A stretch of DNA of 64,000 bases, taken from the NCBI GenBank assembly GCA_026421205.1, contig JAPKBM010000001.1:72272-136271 (forward strand), read 5' to 3'. The notes beneath the pieces were generated by a model. It did no database searches. It saw only the letters and a list, made by a program, of their open reading frames with translations, and was not told where the DNA came from. The position numbers and the translations under genes are program-made. The DNA comes from Planctomycetota bacterium. GTDB taxonomy: Bacteria; Planctomycetota; UBA1135. Below are positions 60,820-64,000 of this stretch, piece by piece; positions within the stretch are counted from its first letter, which is position 1, and the number at the start of each line of letters is the position of its first letter.

Positions 60820-61230
60820 CTACTTCCCGAAGGACCGAATCTTGGCAATCAACGCGGCAACGACCTCAGGCTGATCCGCTAGATCTGGCGAGGGGGGCAT
60901 AAGCGCACTTTTACCAACGGAAAGACCGCCACCCACAATAATGGCCGCAAGCTCCTCGTCGGTCACCGAAGCCTGCCAAGCTAGATCCGTGTAATTGCGT
61001 GGCTTAGGCGTAAGAATTGCCCCGTCCCCTAGCCCTGTGGTGCCGTGGCAACTTGCGCACAGACCATTGAATTTTACCTCCGCGGCAGCAATAGCCGCTG
61101 CAGAAGGAGCTGGAGCCGATGGCCCTTGTGCCCCAGAGGGCTCAGATGATTCTGGGGCTCCGCCACCGCAAGCCACCAAAAAAGTGCCGGCTATGCTCAA
61201 CACTAAAGAGAGGGAAGTTTTGGAATTCAT
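60820..61230 (-). CDS. Monoheme cytochrome c lipoprotein
   Basis: Lipobox LVAC, Pro/Ala/Ser linker, CASCH, MPP. Confidence 0.88.
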   Translation of the reverse strand: MNSKTSLSLVLSIAGTFLVACGGGAPESSEPSGAQGPSAPAPSAAAIAAAEVKFNGLCASCHGTTGLGDGAILTPKPRNYTDLAWQASVTDEELAAIIVGGGLSVGKSALMPPSPDLADQPEVVAALIAKIRSFGK

Positions 61231-61298
61231 GCCGCCAGTTTATCCCCCGGCAGGCATCCTGTTATCATTTCTGGACATTGCGAAAGCGGTCCCCATCC

Positions 61299-61964
61299 AT
61301 GAAAACACAAACGACAATTGGTGCCAAGACGGTCATGGCCGTCACGGGCGTCTTTCTTCTTCTCTTTGTTCTTGGCCATATGGTCGGTAACTTGCAATAT
61401 TTTGCCGGCGAGGAAACGCTCAATGCTTATGCGGAAATGCTCCAAGGCCTCGGGCCTCTTTTGTGGATCATCCGGCTCTCGCTCTTGGCCATCTTCCTAG
61501 CTCACGTCATTTCAGCTACAACGGTCGTCCGACGCAATCGTGCGGCCCGCCCAGTGGCCTATGCCTGCAAGGAAAACCTCACCTCCACATTCGCCTCGCG
61601 CACGATGTTAATGAGCGGGTTGATTGTGGGTGCTTTTGTGATTTACCACCTGTTGCACTTCACGGTGGTTTTAGATGCCAACCTTGCCGCCATCAAGCAT
61701 CCCGAAGGTGGCGCACTGGATGTATACGGCATGGTCACGGCTGCCTTTTCCCATGGGCCGACCACACTGATTTATGTCATCGCCAATATCTTGCTGGCTT
61801 TGCATTGTTCTCATGGTGTGCAATCTGCTCTCCAAACCTTCGGCCTTCGGTCGGAAAAATGCGCGGCTTGCCAACGCCTCACCTCGCACGCCATTGGAGC
61901 GCTAATTCTTCTTGGAAATTTGGCCGTTCCGCTTTCCATTCATTTTTGTAACTGCCGAGCCTAG
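61299..61964 (+). CDS. sdhC: Succinate dehydrogenase/fumarate reductase cytochrome b subunit
   Basis: MAVTG..F...HMVGN, ASRTM..SG, YHLLHF, HCSHG..SALQTFG. Confidence 0.9.
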   Translation: MKTQTTIGAKTVMAVTGVFLLLFVLGHMVGNLQYFAGEETLNAYAEMLQGLGPLLWIIRLSLLAIFLAHVISATTVVRRNRAARPVAYACKENLTSTFASRTMLMSGLIVGAFVIYHLLHFTVVLDANLAAIKHPEGGALDVYGMVTAAFSHGPTTLIYVIANILLALHCSHGVQSALQTFGLRSEKCAACQRLTSHAIGALILLGNLAVPLSIHFCNCRA

Positions 61965-61973
61965 GAATCAATC

Positions 61974-63905
61974 ATGAACTTTCATCTCAACTCAAAAATT
62001 CCTGACGGCCCCATTCAAGAAAAATGGATAAAGGCCAAATTTGATCTCAAACTCATCAATCCGGCTAATCGTCGCAAGTTCAAAATCATTGTCGTTGGCT
62101 CAGGATTGGCGGGTGGCTCTGCCGCGGCAACACTAGGAGAACAAGGTTATGACGTGCACTGTTTCTTTTACCAAGACAGTCCGCGCCGTGCCCACTCCAT
62201 CGCCGCACAAGGTGGGATCAACGCTGCAAAAAACTACCCTAATGATGGTGACAGCATTTGGCGCCTTTTTTACGACACTGTCAAAGGCGGTGATTACCGC
62301 TCGCGCGAGGCCAACGTGTATCGTTTAAGTGAAGTGAGCGCTAATATTATTGACCAGTGCGTCGCTCAAGGCGTTCCTTTTGCGCGTGAATATGGAGGTC
62401 AATTAGATAACCGATCTTTTGGGGGTGCGCAGGTGAGTCGAACTTTTTATGCGCGGGGCCAAACGGGTCAGCAATTATTGTTGGGTGCTTACTCTTCCTT
62501 GAATCGCCAAGTCGACAAAGGCACGGTAAAAACGTATCCAAGAACGGAAATGCTGGACTTGGTTACAGTCGATGGTCACGCACGCGGCATCATCACGAGA
62601 AACTTGGTTACGGGCGAGATAGAAAGGCACGCCGCAGATGTGGTCATCATGGCCACTGGTGGATATGGCAATGTTTTCTTCCTGTCCACAAACGCCATGG
62701 GCTGCAATGCAACCGCGGCATGGCGCGCGCACCGCAAGGGCGCTGGATTTGCAAACCCGTGTTACACGCAAATACACCCCACCTGCATTCCTGTTTCCAG
62801 TGACCACCAGTCCAAGTTAACCTTGATGTCAGAATCCTTGCGCAATGACGGCCGCGTCTGGGTTCCAGCGGCAAAGGGTGACAAGCGTGCGCCCAATGAC
62901 ATTCCGGAAAACGAACGGGATTACTACTTAGAGCGTCGTTATCCAAGCTTTGGAAATCTCGTCCCTCGTGATGTCGCCTCCCGCGCAGCCAAAGAACGCT
63001 GCGATGCAGGGTATGGGGTTGGCGAAACAGGCCTTGCCGTTTATCTTGATTTCGCCGATGCCATCCAACGTTTAGGCAAAGACCTCGTGGAAGCGCGCTA
63101 CGGAAACTTGTTCCATATGTACGCAAAGATTACCGCAGAGGACCCTTACAAAGTTCCCATGAGAATTTTCCCTGCGGTGCACTACACCATGGGCGGGCTT
63201 TGGGTGGACTACAACTTAGAGTCCACGATTCCAGGGCTATTTGTTCTTGGTGAAGCAAACTTTTCTGACCATGGCGCCAACCGATTAGGGGCAAGTGCAC
63301 TCATGCAAGGTTTAGCCGACGGCTACTTTATTGCACCTGCCACGGTGCCCGACTATTTAGCCCGAGAAGGCACCATGAATGCGGATGAAAAAGTGACCAC
63401 CCATCACCCTGCTTTTGAAGAAGCTGAAAAATCTGTCACGGATCGTGTTGAAAAACTCTTGTCGATTCAGGGTCAACGCACCGTCGATGATTTCCATAAG
63501 GAACTTGGACTCATCATGTGGAACCATTGTGGGATGGAGCGGACCAAAGAAAGTCTGGAGGAAGCGCTGAAACTCATTCCCGCCCTTAAGGAAGAGTTCT
63601 GGAAAGACCTGAAGGTGGTCGGCGACAAGGATTCCTTCAATATGTCACTAGAGAAAGCGGGCCGCGTTGCTGACTTCTTTGAACTCGGAGAACTCATGGT
63701 TCGCGATGCACTGCAAAGAGAAGAATCGTGTGGGGGTCACTTCCGCGGGGAACACCAAACGGAAGAAGGTGAGGCGCTCCGTGACGATGACCGGTTTACC
63801 TTCGCTGGCGTGTGGCAATTTAAAGGGAATGACAAGGCCCCACAACTTCACCAAGAGGAATTGCAATTTCCAAACGTTCCACTGACCACTCGCAGCTACA
63901 AGTAA
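61974..63905 (+). CDS. sdhA: Succinate dehydrogenase/fumarate reductase flavoprotein
   Basis: [34 protein letters not shown]. Confidence 0.96.
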   Translation: MNFHLNSKIPDGPIQEKWIKAKFDLKLINPANRRKFKIIVVGSGLAGGSAAATLGEQGYDVHCFFYQDSPRRAHSIAAQGGINAAKNYPNDGDSIWRLFYDTVKGGDYRSREANVYRLSEVSANIIDQCVAQGVPFAREYGGQLDNRSFGGAQVSRTFYARGQTGQQLLLGAYSSLNRQVDKGTVKTYPRTEMLDLVTVDGHARGIITRNLVTGEIERHAADVVIMATGGYGNVFFLSTNAMGCNATAAWRAHRKGAGFANPCYTQIHPTCIPVSSDHQSKLTLMSESLRNDGRVWVPAAKGDKRAPNDIPENERDYYLERRYPSFGNLVPRDVASRAAKERCDAGYGVGETGLAVYLDFADAIQRLGKDLVEARYGNLFHMYAKITAEDPYKVPMRIFPAVHYTMGGLWVDYNLESTIPGLFVLGEANFSDHGANRLGASALMQGLADGYFIAPATVPDYLAREGTMNADEKVTTHHPAFEEAEKSVTDRVEKLLSIQGQRTVDDFHKELGLIMWNHCGMERTKESLEEALKLIPALKEEFWKDLKVVGDKDSFNMSLEKAGRVADFFELGELMVRDALQREESCGGHFRGEHQTEEGEALRDDDRFTFAGVWQFKGNDKAPQLHQEELQFPNVPLTTRSYK

Positions 63906-63909
63906 GAAC

Positions 63910-64000
63910 ATGAAACTCACTCTGCACGTTTGGCGCCAAAAGAATGCCTCAGATCAAGGACGCATGGAAACAATTTCCGCCGACGGAGTCTCGCCGGACA
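63910..64000 (+). CDS. sdhB: Succinate dehydrogenase Fe-S subunit (partial, runs off the window end)
   Basis: MKLTLHVWRQKNASDQGRMET..VSPD directly after sdhA. Confidence 0.85.
   Translation, partial: MKLTLHVWRQKNASDQGRMETISADGVSPD

Noticed and set aside
1-64000. Mobile elements, prophage, defence systems, tRNA/rRNA
   Set aside because: No integrase, transposase, phage or defence motifs seen; intergenic gaps are short and no cloverleaf was recognised by eye

Overview
Gene-dense bacterial chromosome segment, about 52 CDS, with no rRNA, tRNA, CRISPR or mobile element recognised. The gene repertoire suggests a marine Planctomycetota genome (inference, not tested). In order: partial gpmI; M48 and M28 peptidases and an ROK kinase; a heavy-metal RND efflux operon preceded by a His-rich ORF ending in RGPP; an M42-like peptidase; DUF1800/DUF1501; an AglB/STT3-like oligosaccharyltransferase; a MutY-CBM9/DUF5916 in-frame fusion; a lipA-E1a-E1b-E2-E1a'-lpdA-lipB 2-oxoacid dehydrogenase operon; secreted proteins that share a C-terminal domain; alternative complex III plus a caa3 oxidase; a stand-alone sigma region-4 ORF; mutS; COG3014-YcfL-YcfL-LpoB; acyl-CoA dehydrogenase; lipid kinase; OPT transporter; cytochrome c; and sdhCAB. 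Best candidates for novelty: (1) a His-based RGPP ribosome-arrest leader controlling metal efflux, (2) an unnamed C-terminal domain shared by unrelated secreted proteins that may be a sorting signal, (3) the MutY-barrel fusion coupled to a variant OST, (4) frequent apparently leaderless starts and symmetric bidirectional promoters, (5) two E1-alpha paralogues in one operon. All calls come from motif recognition by eye; no database searches were run, and many start codons were re-chosen from the ORF track.
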